A DNA stretch of 64,000 nt from Deinococcales bacterium (GTDB lineage: Bacteria > Deinococcota > Deinococci > Deinococcales > JAAFIG01): contig JAYVRX010000071.1 of the NCBI GenBank assembly GCA_043775825.1, positions 20,399 through 84,398 on the forward strand, written 5' to 3'. The translations under genes and the position numbers were made by a program. This document shows positions 41,103-51,084 of this stretch, in pieces. The notes beneath the pieces are model-generated. The model did not search any database. It worked only from the letters and a program-made list of their open reading frames with translations, and was not told the origin of the DNA. Position 1 is the stretch's first letter; every line of letters starts with the position of its first letter.

Positions 41103-41750
41103 TCACTTCCTTTTGGTTTGCTGAACCGAGTACGCGCACATGTGCGCCCCCGCGATCATGTGCGACACCCGTTCGATGCGGGCATCAGGTAGCGCGAGGC
41201 GCAAAAATTCAATCTCGCTCGAGCAGGCTTGACCGTATTGCAATGCCACGCCAATCACGGCGCAGTTGTGCTCGGTCACAAGATAACTGCCATCACTGAT
41301 TTTTTGAAATTCGGCTAAATACCCGTCTTGGTCGAGAATCTTGGTCAATTCTGCTACTCGAGATTCAAAGGTTTTTAATTTCTCGAGGCGCGTTTGTGCG
41401 TTCTCGAGGCGGCGCTGCATTCGGCGTTTGAAAATCAGCTCAAGCAGTTCGGGATTGTCTTCGCGCACGTAATCCAAGAGTTCGTTGGTCAGCTCACTAT
41501 ACATGCGCGGATACAGCGCGTCGGCGGCTTGGGAGAGCTTAAAAACGTGTTTGGGGCGTCCACGTCCTTCGCGTTTCTCGAGGTGCGACACCAGCCCGTC
41601 AGCCTCGAGCGATTGCAGTTGTTGGCGGATGCCCGATGTGGTGATGTTGGTGCACTCCGCAAGTTCTTCGGCGCGAAGTTCGCCACGTTTTTTTAGGGCG
41701 TTTAAGATGCTGCGCCGTCCTTCTGGTAGGGCGTTGAGGGTGATACTCAT
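41103..41750 (-). CDS. ArsR-type HTH regulator of the SufR-like subfamily (C-terminal Cys triad)
   Basis: Winged HTH (RRSILNALKKRGELRAEELAE...SGIRQQLQSLEADGLV, GRGRP) and C-terminal EHNCAV...GQACSSE...GAHMCAY. Confidence 0.6.
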   Translation of the reverse strand: MSITLNALPEGRRSILNALKKRGELRAEELAECTNITTSGIRQQLQSLEADGLVSHLEKREGRGRPKHVFKLSQAADALYPRMYSELTNELLDYVREDNPELLELIFKRRMQRRLENAQTRLEKLKTFESRVAELTKILDQDGYLAEFQKISDGSYLVTEHNCAVIGVALQYGQACSSEIEFLRLALPDARIERVSHMIAGAHMCAYSVQQTKRK

Positions 41751-41900
41751 GAGGGGATTCTAGCACCAAAAGCGTATTAAAGCAATTAAAACAGTAAATA
41801 CTTGCTAAAATAACAAAATGGGTGTAGATTTAATTCAAGATGAAATCCCTAGACTCAAGCAAACTCGAGAAACCCAATTCAGATCGAAAGGAAGACGATC

Positions 41901-42599
41901 ATGACTACAGCCATCATCACTGGAGCATCACGCGGGTTGGGACTGGCACTTGCCAAAGTGCTCGCCCGCAAACACTGGAATTTGGTCATCAACGCCCGAG
42001 GGGCAGCAAACCTCGAGAGCGCCAAGATTGAACTCGAGCGACACACCTAAGTCAGGGCGATAGCTGGAGATGTTACAGATCAAACGCATTTGCAAAAACT
42101 GGTTGATGCTGCCAAAGAATTCGGCAGTTTGGACGCGCTGGTCAACAACGCCTCGATCCTCGGTCCAAGTCCACAACCCAAACTCGAGGCGTACCCAATC
42201 GAAATTCTCGAGCGAGTCTACCGTGTGAATGTATTCGCTCCGCTCAGGTTGCTGCAACTCGCGCTGCCGATCATGAAGTCAGACGCTCGGGTTTTGAACA
42301 TCACTTCCGACGCTGGTATCGAAGCTTACGAGGGTTGGGGCGGGTACGGCTCGAGCAAAGCCGCCCTGGAGCAGTTGTCCAAAGTGCTGGCGCTCGAACA
42401 CCCAAACTTGCGCGTTTACAGCGTTGACCCTGGCGACATGAACACGCAAATGCACCAAGAGGCATTCCCTGGTGAGGACATTTCAGACCGTCCACCACCA
42501 GAAGACAGCGTTCCAGGATTAATCAAGTTGCTCGAGCAACATTTACCCAGTGGACGGTATCAAGTCAGAGGTGATCTGAATGTTTCAACTCACGAATAG
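41901..42599 (+). pseudogene. SDR family oxidoreductase interrupted by an in-frame TAA at 42048-42050
   Basis: The N-terminal 49 codons carry the Rossmann motif ITGASRGLG. After the TAA the same frame continues VRAIAGDVTD...NNAS...YGSSKAAL (catalytic YxxxK). Confidence 0.7.
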
Positions 42600-43668
42600 T
42601 TTTCGTCTCGAAACACTCGAGTTTAGCCTGCCGCCCGAACTCGAGGCGTTTGAACCTCCAGAGGCTCGAGGGTTGCGGCGCGATGCGGTGCGTTTGCTGA
42701 TTTCGAGCAAGTTTGATGACAGTTTGGTTCATACACATTTTCATGACCTGCCAGATTTTTTGGAGGCTGGGGATGTGCTGGTCATCAACACCTCTGGCAC
42801 GTTGCCTGCGGCTCTTTCGGTCACTCGAACGGACGGCACGCCATTGGTGCTTCACCTGTCCACCCACCTGCCCGCCGACCTTTGGGTGGTCGAACTTCGC
42901 ACACCCGCCGCTCGAGCCAGCACACCATTTCGTGACGCCAAAGCGGGGGAGATGCTGACCTTGCCAGGTGGCGCTCGGGCACAAATTCTTGCGCCTTACC
43001 TGATGGACAGAACCAATGCACCTGCACCCGCAAGCTCGAGGTTGTGGGTTGCCAGCCTCGAGTTGCCAGAAGCTTTGATCTCGTATTTGCACCGTCACGG
43101 CAAACCGATTCGTTACGGCTATGTCGAGCGCGATTGGTCGCTCGAGCATTACCAAACCGTCTACGCCACCGAAGAAGGCAGCGCCGAAATGCCCAGCGCG
43201 GGACGGGCATTCACGCCAGAATTATTGACGCGCCTGATTGCCAAAGGCGTGCAAATTGCGCCACTGATTTTGCATACTGGTGTCGCCTCGCTCGAGGATC
43301 ACGAACCGCCATTTGAAGAGTTCTACCGTGTGCCACTCGAGACGGCACGTGCAGTTAATCGAGCTAGTGCCGATGGGAGGCGTGTGATCGCGGTTGGCAC
43401 AACCGTTGTTCGCGCCCTCGAGACGGTCACAGATTCGCACAACATCACGCACCCTGGCGAGGGTTGGACGCGGCTCATCATCACGCCCCAACGCGGTGCT
43501 CGAGCTGTGAATGGGCTGCTGACGGGTTGGCACGAACCCAAAGCCACGCACCTTGCCATGCTCGAGGCGATAGCCGGCAAGCATCACCTCGAGCTTGCGT
43601 ACAGCTCCGCGCTCGAGAATGGCTATTTGTGGCACGAGTTTGGCGACCTGCATTTGATACTGCCTTAA
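42580..43668 (+). CDS. S-adenosylmethionine:tRNA ribosyltransferase-isomerase (QueA) family protein, paralog-like context
   Basis: FSLPPELEA..P...R...RLL, GDVLVINTSGTLPAAL, AVGTTVVRALE and YGY match the QueA fold pattern. Confidence 0.65.
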   Translation: MFQLTNSFRLETLEFSLPPELEAFEPPEARGLRRDAVRLLISSKFDDSLVHTHFHDLPDFLEAGDVLVINTSGTLPAALSVTRTDGTPLVLHLSTHLPADLWVVELRTPAARASTPFRDAKAGEMLTLPGGARAQILAPYLMDRTNAPAPASSRLWVASLELPEALISYLHRHGKPIRYGYVERDWSLEHYQTVYATEEGSAEMPSAGRAFTPELLTRLIAKGVQIAPLILHTGVASLEDHEPPFEEFYRVPLETARAVNRASADGRRVIAVGTTVVRALETVTDSHNITHPGEGWTRLIITPQRGARAVNGLLTGWHEPKATHLAMLEAIAGKHHLELAYSSALENGYLWHEFGDLHLILP

Positions 43669-43680
43669 GAGAGGACGTGT

Positions 43681-44361
43681 ATGAACATTCTCGAGTTACA
43701 ACTTTTAACTGGCAATCTCGAGACACAAAAAGCGTTCTATCAAGATGTTCTTGGATTGCAAATTCTCGAGTCTGAAGCGGAACACTTAACCATCCAAATT
43801 GGCTCGAGTCGTCTGAAATTCACGCAGCAAACTGGTTTTTTAGGTCAATATCACTTCGCGTTTGATGTTCCAGAAAACCAACTCCAGGTTGCAAAAAAAT
43901 GGCTTGAAGCTCGAGTTGAATTGATTGCGGATACCAATGGCAATTTGGTGTTTGGCGGCGGAGATTGGAATTCAGACGCCGTGTATTTCCGTGATTCGCA
44001 CGGAAATATTCTCGAGTTGATTGTCAGACACGATCTTGCAAATGCCACACAAACAGAATTCTTGAGCGCAAGTCTTTTGAACGTCAGCGAAATTGGTTTG
44101 GCATGTGACAATGTTCCAGACGTTGTGAAATGGCTTAACGAAAATCTGAATCTCGAGATTTACAAATCCTCGAGCGACATGTTTGCCCCAGTTGGTGATG
44201 TTCAGGGCTTGCTGATTTTGGTTCAAAATGCTCGAGAATGGTTTCCCAGTACGGGCGTTTTCGCTGCGCCACAACCCGTAACAGTTGTGATTGAAAGTGA
44301 CCAAAATCACACGCTCGAGTTTCCAGGATTGCCGTATAAAATTGAAAGGAAAACGTTATGA
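43681..44361 (+). CDS. two-domain VOC (glyoxalase/dioxygenase) family protein
   Basis: Tandem beta-alpha-beta-beta-beta modules, FYQDVLGL..., HFAFDV. Confidence 0.6.
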   Translation: MNILELQLLTGNLETQKAFYQDVLGLQILESEAEHLTIQIGSSRLKFTQQTGFLGQYHFAFDVPENQLQVAKKWLEARVELIADTNGNLVFGGGDWNSDAVYFRDSHGNILELIVRHDLANATQTEFLSASLLNVSEIGLACDNVPDVVKWLNENLNLEIYKSSSDMFAPVGDVQGLLILVQNAREWFPSTGVFAAPQPVTVVIESDQNHTLEFPGLPYKIERKTL

Positions 44362-44768
44362 TTCAAAATTTAACTGCCCAGACTGCCATTCGTATTGCAC
44401 GACCTTGCACCAATTTTGAAAAGACAAAACAGTTTTATGTCCAGGGACTCGGCTTGGAAATGCTGTATCAACATTTATCGAGTGAGGACACCGAATGGTC
44501 AATCATGATGCTAGGAATCAAAAATGCAACTTGGCATCTCGAGTTTACGCAACACCCACAACACGACCTTCAACCCGCACCTACCGCCGAGGATTTATTG
44601 GTGTTGTACCTGGCACAACCAATTGAGGCAATGACAGTACAGCATTTGATTCAAAACGGTGGAACTCGAGTGAAGGCACTCAATTCGTACTGGGAAACTT
44701 GGGGCGTGACGATAGCCGACCCAGACGGTTACCGTGTGGTGTTGTCCACCAGAGATTGGGCATTGTGA
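44358..44768 (+). CDS. VOC family protein
   Basis: FYVQGLGLE..., HLEF, single VOC module. ATGA overlap upstream. Confidence 0.6.
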   Translation: MIQNLTAQTAIRIARPCTNFEKTKQFYVQGLGLEMLYQHLSSEDTEWSIMMLGIKNATWHLEFTQHPQHDLQPAPTAEDLLVLYLAQPIEAMTVQHLIQNGGTRVKALNSYWETWGVTIADPDGYRVVLSTRDWAL

Positions 44769-44784
44769 AGATATGGAGGCAAAC

Positions 44785-45198
44785 ATGATTCAAGAATTTC
44801 GTTTGGTGCTGAACGTTGACGACTTTGACATGGCACTCAATTTTTACCGCGCCCTCAGCCTCGAGGTATCAGAACAATGGGATTCTGCCGATGGACGCGG
44901 CGCAATTCTCGAATTGCCACGTGCCACGCTCGAGATCATGAACAGAAAGAATGCCAAAAGTGTTGACGAACTCGAGGTGGGTGTACACGAACCCCGTGAA
45001 ATGCGGCTTGGTTTAAAAGTCGAAAACCTTCAAGATGCAGTCAAATACCTCGAGCAACACGGCGCAAAAGTGGTTTCAGAATTTGTCGAAACCCCTTGGG
45101 GCAGTTTCAACCAGAGGCTCGAGACACCCGATGCTAAGCAATTGACGGTTTTTCAAGAAAACCTCGAGAAACCAGAAATAGGGAAAACCAATGCTTAA
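44785..45198 (+). CDS. VOC family protein
   Basis: VDDFDMALNFYRALSLEV.... GGAGG lies 5 nt before the ATG at 44785. Confidence 0.55.
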   Translation: MIQEFRLVLNVDDFDMALNFYRALSLEVSEQWDSADGRGAILELPRATLEIMNRKNAKSVDELEVGVHEPREMRLGLKVENLQDAVKYLEQHGAKVVSEFVETPWGSFNQRLETPDAKQLTVFQENLEKPEIGKTNA

Positions 45199-45607
45199 TA
45201 TTCCTAACATCAATAAACCACGCTGTTTTCTGGTTTACGCCCTCGCCCCAAACGGACTGAGTGCCACCGAAGCGAACGAGCGGCTCAACGCTTACACCGC
45301 CGACGACACTCGAGGAGTGGCGCTCTGGCATGATCACTTTATTGGGCGGCGTGGCGGAACGATCATCCTGTACGTCGAAACAGACGCGCAACGTGAAGCC
45401 CTGAAAACACCAGGTGCACTTGAAGGTTGGGACGTGCAGATTCACCCATTGATTTACAGTCGCAGCCCCAGTGCCTTTGATGAACAAATCGCATACACAT
45501 TACGGGCTTACCACAATCAAAACTGGGATCAACTTCAACTCGAGCAACGCCCACATTTCGGTGATCCACAACTCGAGGCACAAACGGCTGAAGAAAGTAC
45601 CTCATGA
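45191..45607 (+). CDS. hypothetical protein
   Basis: 138-aa ORF overlapping both neighbouring genes at its stop and start codons. No family recognised. Confidence 0.5.
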   Translation: MLNIPNINKPRCFLVYALAPNGLSATEANERLNAYTADDTRGVALWHDHFIGRRGGTIILYVETDAQREALKTPGALEGWDVQIHPLIYSRSPSAFDEQIAYTLRAYHNQNWDQLQLEQRPHFGDPQLEAQTAEESTS

Positions 45608-46059
45608 ACAACATCATTCAAGGCTTATTCGAGACGCACATTAAAGTCCGCAATCTCGAGCAATCCATACAGTTTTACCAAGATGTTCTGGGTTTAACAC
45701 TGGGGCATATTGACCCGCGCCGCGTGGCATTTTTCTGGATTGGCGCTCCAGGCAATGCGATGCTTGGTGTCTGGGAAAGTCCTGAAGAGATCATCAAGCA
45801 ACATTTTGCTTTCAAGATCACGCTTGGGCAAATGCACACCATCCGCGAAACCTTAGCCAAACACGGTTTGGAACATCAAAATTTCTCGGAATCTAATACA
45901 GATTCGCTCGAGGTGCTGGCTTGGATGCCAGCCGTCAGCGTGTACTTTTCAGACCCAGATGGTCACAGACTCGAGTTTATAACCATGCTGCCAGATACCG
46001 CGAAACCCGAGTTAGGATTGGTTGCATGGGATCAATGGGAAGGGCTTCATGGACGTTAA
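45604..46059 (+). CDS. VOC family protein (glyoxalase/bleomycin-resistance type)
   Basis: ETHIKVRNLEQSIQFYQDVLGL..., HFAF, FSDPDGHRLEF. Confidence 0.7.
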   Translation: MNNIIQGLFETHIKVRNLEQSIQFYQDVLGLTLGHIDPRRVAFFWIGAPGNAMLGVWESPEEIIKQHFAFKITLGQMHTIRETLAKHGLEHQNFSESNTDSLEVLAWMPAVSVYFSDPDGHRLEFITMLPDTAKPELGLVAWDQWEGLHGR

Positions 46060-46564
46060 GAAAGACATTTTGATTATTGGTACAAGCCTTGACCCTGACA
46101 GCCGTTCGCAAGTTTTGGCGAGGGTGGCGCTCGAAGTTTGCAAAGTGCAGAACATCAACGCCGAAGTGCTCGACTTGCGCGATTACGACCTGCCAATTGC
46201 GGGGGCAGCCGACTCTTTTGACTCGAGCATTGTGACAGAATTAACCGCTCGAGTCTCAAAATACCGTAAAATAATTTTTACGGTAGCGATTTACAATTAC
46301 GACGTTTCTGCCGCCGCGAAAAACTTTATTGAACTGGTTGGTGACACCTGGCTCGAGGGTGCGGTGGTGGGTTTTATTTGCACGGCTGGCGGTAAAAATT
46401 CGTACATGAGCGTGATGGGATTTGCCAATTCACTCATGCTCGACTTTCGGGCTTGGATTGCGCCGAGATTCGTGTATGTGGTCAAAAACGAAGATCTGCA
46501 CGGGGCAGAAATCACTTCCAGAATTGAAAGTTTGGTGCAAGCTGTCTCGAGCGGTACGGGTTGA
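46049..46564 (+). CDS. NADPH-dependent FMN reductase
   Basis: ILIIGTSLDPDSRS and a flavodoxin-like layout. Overlaps the upstream VOC gene. Confidence 0.65.
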   Translation: MDVKKDILIIGTSLDPDSRSQVLARVALEVCKVQNINAEVLDLRDYDLPIAGAADSFDSSIVTELTARVSKYRKIIFTVAIYNYDVSAAAKNFIELVGDTWLEGAVVGFICTAGGKNSYMSVMGFANSLMLDFRAWIAPRFVYVVKNEDLHGAEITSRIESLVQAVSSGTG

Positions 46565-46633
46565 AACTGAGTGAATGATGTTAATGGTATAAACCACTGG
46601 ACTTTTTTCCTAAACCCTTAGTACAATTCTTCC

Positions 46634-47077
46634 ATGCAGACCCACTGGAAACTCGAGGGTACTTTACGCCGATTTGGGAAAACCCCGATGGCGCTGGCAC
46701 GAGCGAGTGGTTTAACCAAAACCACGATTTACAACATGGTAAACAACACTTCTCAAGCGGTGCAACTCGAGACTTTAGACAAACTCCTGATTGGACTGGA
46801 GCATTTAACAGGGCAGCATTTTAGTGTCGCAGATGTTCTCGAGCGGGAAGTTAAACCTAACACGCTACTCGAGGAATTATTGCGTGATGCAAAACCCGTC
46901 AATTTTGAAGAGCTAAATAAACACATTCCTGCTTGGACAGATGAGGAACGTATTGAAAATGAAGCTTTCCTGCGCGAGTTGGAATACATCAAACAACGAG
47001 ATCGAGCGTACAGTTTAACCTATGACCCAATCGAGCTTGAAGAAATAAATCGTTGTTCAGTACCGAGCAAAAAATGA
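46634..47077 (+). CDS. XRE-family HTH antitoxin-like protein
   Basis: HTH LARASGLTKTTIYNMVNN. ATGA overlap with the downstream PIN gene. Confidence 0.65.
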   Translation: MQTHWKLEGTLRRFGKTPMALARASGLTKTTIYNMVNNTSQAVQLETLDKLLIGLEHLTGQHFSVADVLEREVKPNTLLEELLRDAKPVNFEELNKHIPAWTDEERIENEAFLRELEYIKQRDRAYSLTYDPIELEEINRCSVPSKK

Positions 47078-47481
47078 AGAATGCTGTTCTGGTGGACACC
47101 AATATTATCAGCTATCAACACAACGAACATTTTTTGTGGAACGTTTACGAACCAAGGTTAAAAGGTCAGGTGTTGTTGACCGCAGCCCAAAGTGTGGCAG
47201 AAATTAGGTACGGTGCTTTTCGTCGTGATTGGGGAATGCCACGCTTAGAACGTCTCGAGCATTTCATTGGTATGTACACCGTCGTTTACCCAAACGATGC
47301 CATTTGTACCACATGGGCAAGAACTCGAGCCAGTGCCGAGAAAATAGGACGACCTATCGAAAATAACGACACCTGGATTGCGGCAACTGCTTTAACCTTG
47401 GGTATTCCACTTGTGACGCACAACAAAAAGCATTTTGATTTTCTCGAGGACTTAATAATGATCTCAGAACGTGTTGAATAA
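47074..47481 (+). CDS. PIN-domain toxin (VapC-like)
   Basis: AVLVDTNIIS, ...NDTWIAATAL..., LVTHNKKHF. Confidence 0.8.
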   Translation: MKNAVLVDTNIISYQHNEHFLWNVYEPRLKGQVLLTAAQSVAEIRYGAFRRDWGMPRLERLEHFIGMYTVVYPNDAICTTWARTRASAEKIGRPIENNDTWIAATALTLGIPLVTHNKKHFDFLEDLIMISERVE

Positions 47482-47496
47482 ATCCACGCGTACATT

Positions 47497-47530
47497 AAAA
47501 ACGGGCGATCAGTGATCGCCCGTTTGATTT
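47497..47530. terminator. bidirectional rho-independent terminator
   Basis: AAAA-ACGGGCGATC-agt-GATCGCCCGT-TTGATTT between the convergent PIN gene and acnA. Confidence 0.8.
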
Positions 47531-47542
47531 CAAAACGACGGC

Positions 47543-50263
47543 TTAAACTGCTACCGATTCTTTTAACAATTGTCTCAACACCGTCTGCAAAATCCCACCG
47601 TTGCGGTAGTAATCCACCTCAACTGGCGTATCAATTCGCAACCAGGCAATAAATTCTCGAGTCGCGCCGTTCTCGTCGGTCACGCGCACGGTCACGTCTT
47701 GGCGGGGTTTGATGTTGTCATCAATTAAAAAGTCAAACGTTTCGTGCCCAGTTAAGCCCAGGCTTTCGGCTGTCTGACCATTTTTAAACATCAGTGGCAG
47801 CACGCCCATGCCGACCAAGTTGCTGCGGTGAATGCGCTCAAACGATTCGACAATCACGGCTTTCACGCCCAGCAGCATCGTGCCTTTTGCCGCCCAGTCC
47901 CTCGAGCTTCCCATGCCGTAATCTTTGCCGCCAAGCACGACCAGTGGCGTGCCTGCGGCTTTGTAACGCAAGGACGCCTCGTAAACGCTAACGACCTCGT
48001 TCGTTGGGAAGTGTGTGGTTACACCGCCCTCCGTGCCTGGGGCGAGTTTGTTCTTGATGCGAATATTGGCAAACGTTCCGCGTGTCATCACACGGTCATT
48101 GCCGCGCCTCGAGCCGTAAGAATTGAAATCCTCGAGTTTCACGCCGCTGTCAATCAAAAATTGTCCGGCGGGTGATTTGGCACTGAACGCCCCAGCGGGG
48201 GAGATGTGATCGGTGGTCACTGAATCCGCCAGTGACAGCAACACTCGAGCACCGTGGACTGGTTGAATCGTGCCTGGTTCGCGTTTCAGACCATCAAAAT
48301 ACGGCGGGTTTTGAATGTAGCTGCTGTCGGCTTGCCAGTCGAACAACGCGCCACCCGCGACTGGAATCGCGTTCCATTGGGCGTTAGATTGTTCAATGCC
48401 GTCATAAATTCTTCTGAAGGTATCGGGGCTGGTGGCATTGTCCAGATGCTGCGCGATTTCTTCGGTACTTGCCCAAATGTCGCGCAAGTAAACATTATTG
48501 CCGTCTTTGTCTTGACCAAGCGGGTCTGTCTCGAGGTTAATATCCACCGTGCCAGCCAGGGCATAAGCCACGACAAGCGGCGGCGATGCCAAATAATTGG
48601 CGCGAACGTGCGGGTTGACGCGTCCCTCAAAGTTACGGTTGCCCGAAAGCACGCTAGCGGCGACCAAATCGCCCTCGTTGATCGCGGCGATCACGGGTTC
48701 GTCGAGTGGTCCAGAGTTACCGATGCAGGTAGTGCAGCCGTAACCCACCGTCTGGAATCCGAGTTGGTCAAGATACGGTGTTAACCCAGCATCGTTGAAG
48801 TATTCGGTCACAACCCTCGAGCCTGGTGCGAGTGAAGTCTTGACCCAGGGTTTGCTCATCAGTCCACGTTCAACCGCTTTTTTCGCCAGAATGCCCGCGC
48901 CGAGCATCACGCTCGGGTTGCTGGTGTTGGTGCAACTGGTAATCGAGGCAATCACGACGTTACCGTGCGTGATCTCACCGCTCCAACCTTTGAAATCTTT
49001 GATCGTGCCTTTCGCCTCGAGTTGCGCTGGTGTCAGGGCGTAACCGCGTTTGTCTTTTGGCTCTGTCAGGGCTTGCTTAAAAACCTTCTGCATATCCTCG
49101 AGCAGCACCCGGTCTTGAGGACGCGCTGGACCCGCCAGGCTTGGTTTGACGGTGCTTAAATCCAGTTCGATGATGCTCGAGAAGACTGGGTCTGGCGTGG
49201 CATCGGTGCGGTACAAACCCTGGGCTTTCATGTATTCGCTTACCAGTTCGACCTCATCCTCGAGCCTGCCCGTGCGTCGCATGTAACGCATGGCTTCGTC
49301 GTCCATCGGGAAGAAACCCATCGTCGCGCCGTACTCTGGAGCCATGTTGGCAATCGTGGCGCGGTCTGGCAGGGTCATGCTCGAGAGTCCAGAGCCGTAA
49401 AATTCGACGAACTTGCCGACCACGCTGGCTTTGCGCAGCATTTGGGTGACGACCAAGGCAAGGTCGGTGGCGGTTGAACCTTCGGGCAGTTTGCCCGTGA
49501 TTTTAAAGCCCACAACCTCTGGGGTCAGCATGTATAACGGTTGACCCAGCATCACGGCTTCGGCTTCGATGCCGCCAACGCCCCAACCGACAATGCCAAG
49601 TCCGTTAATCATGGTGGTGTGCGAATCCGTACCGACGAGGGTATCTGGGAAAACCACAGTGCCGCCGTCCTCGGTTTTGCTCATCACGCCTTTTGCCAAA
49701 TACTCGAGGTTGACCTGGTGAACGATGCCGCTGGCGGGTGGCACAACGCCGAAATTATCGAGCGCTTGCTGCCCCCAACGTAAAAACTCGTAACGTTCGC
49801 GGTTGCGGTCAAATTCGATCTCGGAATTTTTCAAGAGCGCGTCGCTCGAGCCGTAAAAGTCCACTTGAACGCTGTGGTCAATCACCAAATCGACGGGAAT
49901 CAGTGGGTTGATTTTTTGCGGGTCGCCGCCGAGTTTGGTCATGGCGGTGCGCATACTTGCCAAGTCCACCACGGCGGGAACGCCTGTGAAATCCTGCAAG
50001 ATGACCCGTGCCAGCTTGAACGGAATCTCAACCTCGAGCGGTTTTGCCGCATTGTAATTTGCCAGGTTTTTCACGTCGTCTTCGGTCACGTCGTAACCAT
50101 TGCAGTTTCGCAGCACGCTCTCGAGCATGATTTTGATGCTGAACGGCAATTTGGCAATGTCAAAACCGTGTTCCTCGAGTTTTCCAAGTCGGTAATATTG
50201 AAAGCTTTGACCCGATACGTGCAGGGTGTCTTTAGCGCCGAAAGTGTTCTTCTTGAGTTCCAT
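47543..50263 (-). CDS. acnA: aconitate hydratase A
   Basis: 906 aa. [53 protein letters not shown]. Confidence 0.95.
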   Translation of the reverse strand: MELKKNTFGAKDTLHVSGQSFQYYRLGKLEEHGFDIAKLPFSIKIMLESVLRNCNGYDVTEDDVKNLANYNAAKPLEVEIPFKLARVILQDFTGVPAVVDLASMRTAMTKLGGDPQKINPLIPVDLVIDHSVQVDFYGSSDALLKNSEIEFDRNRERYEFLRWGQQALDNFGVVPPASGIVHQVNLEYLAKGVMSKTEDGGTVVFPDTLVGTDSHTTMINGLGIVGWGVGGIEAEAVMLGQPLYMLTPEVVGFKITGKLPEGSTATDLALVVTQMLRKASVVGKFVEFYGSGLSSMTLPDRATIANMAPEYGATMGFFPMDDEAMRYMRRTGRLEDEVELVSEYMKAQGLYRTDATPDPVFSSIIELDLSTVKPSLAGPARPQDRVLLEDMQKVFKQALTEPKDKRGYALTPAQLEAKGTIKDFKGWSGEITHGNVVIASITSCTNTSNPSVMLGAGILAKKAVERGLMSKPWVKTSLAPGSRVVTEYFNDAGLTPYLDQLGFQTVGYGCTTCIGNSGPLDEPVIAAINEGDLVAASVLSGNRNFEGRVNPHVRANYLASPPLVVAYALAGTVDINLETDPLGQDKDGNNVYLRDIWASTEEIAQHLDNATSPDTFRRIYDGIEQSNAQWNAIPVAGGALFDWQADSSYIQNPPYFDGLKREPGTIQPVHGARVLLSLADSVTTDHISPAGAFSAKSPAGQFLIDSGVKLEDFNSYGSRRGNDRVMTRGTFANIRIKNKLAPGTEGGVTTHFPTNEVVSVYEASLRYKAAGTPLVVLGGKDYGMGSSRDWAAKGTMLLGVKAVIVESFERIHRSNLVGMGVLPLMFKNGQTAESLGLTGHETFDFLIDDNIKPRQDVTVRVTDENGATREFIAWLRIDTPVEVDYYRNGGILQTVLRQLLKESVAV

Positions 50264-50436
50264 GTCAAACCGTCCTTAGAAGTTGAGAATCTCGAGTCAG
50301 TGTAGACCCGCAGCTTGGCTATTTTAGCCGATGCTCGAGGCTTGGGTATGAATGTTTGTTGTCACTTAAGGGGGTACATTGGTTTGAATTGTATAACTCG
50401 CCATCTGCACAAATTGAAAACGTGAACTTTGAGCAA

Positions 50437-50700
50437 TTATTGAGCACGAAGCAAGCGTTCATATTCTTTATGCTCACCGATCCAAAACCACAACAAATCA
50501 GATTTCGTGTTCTCAAACGCCAATGCACGATAATGCAATCCCACACGAACTGACCAATACGCCCGAATTTGCTTGAAATGCAACGACGGATGTCGATGAT
50601 CGGTTTTCAGGAGTTCATAATTTTCGTCAGCCAATTTTTGAATGGCTTCGGGTAATTTGTGGTAAAAATCCCAAAATTCTGGTGTCGTAAAATGATTCAT
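50437..50700 (-). CDS. RelE/ParE-superfamily toxin
   Basis: ...FWDFYHKLPEAIQKLADENYELLKTDHRHPSLHFKQI..YWSVRVGLHYRAL. Start chosen at MNHF. Confidence 0.65.
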   Translation of the reverse strand: MNHFTTPEFWDFYHKLPEAIQKLADENYELLKTDHRHPSLHFKQIRAYWSVRVGLHYRALAFENTKSDLLWFWIGEHKEYERLLRAQ

Positions 50701-50768
50701 GATGTTTGAGCGTTGCGTTTCCATGAGCAAACGGTATCAATCTCAAAACTCCCAAGATATAAGATTTT

Positions 50769-50969
50769 TCACAGCTTCCGAGTTAATCCCGCAGCATGAG
50801 CAGCCTTAGCTCGAGCCGCCAGATGCTCGAGTTTGCCAGCCTCAATATCACTTTCGATTTGGGCATCCCACAAATCTGCCTCGAGTTCATCAAACCAGAC
50901 TTTTAAACGCGCAATGTCTTCTGGGGGTAAAACTTTGATCTCGTGTTGAATTTGCTCGAGATTGGACAT
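50769..50969 (-). CDS. small antitoxin-like protein paired with the RelE/ParE-like toxin
   Basis: 66-aa acidic helical protein immediately upstream of the toxin gene on the same strand. Confidence 0.5.
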   Translation of the reverse strand: MSNLEQIQHEIKVLPPEDIARLKVWFDELEADLWDAQIESDIEAGKLEHLAARAKAAHAAGLTRKL

Positions 50970-51084
50970 GAAAAGATTCTATCAGAAAACCCAGCAAAGA
51001 CCATTTCTCGAGCTGCAAACTGAAAAACCAAATAGCGGTGTCATCGCAGATAGGGGCAGCAAAAAGTAAGTTAAACTCCTTCAC

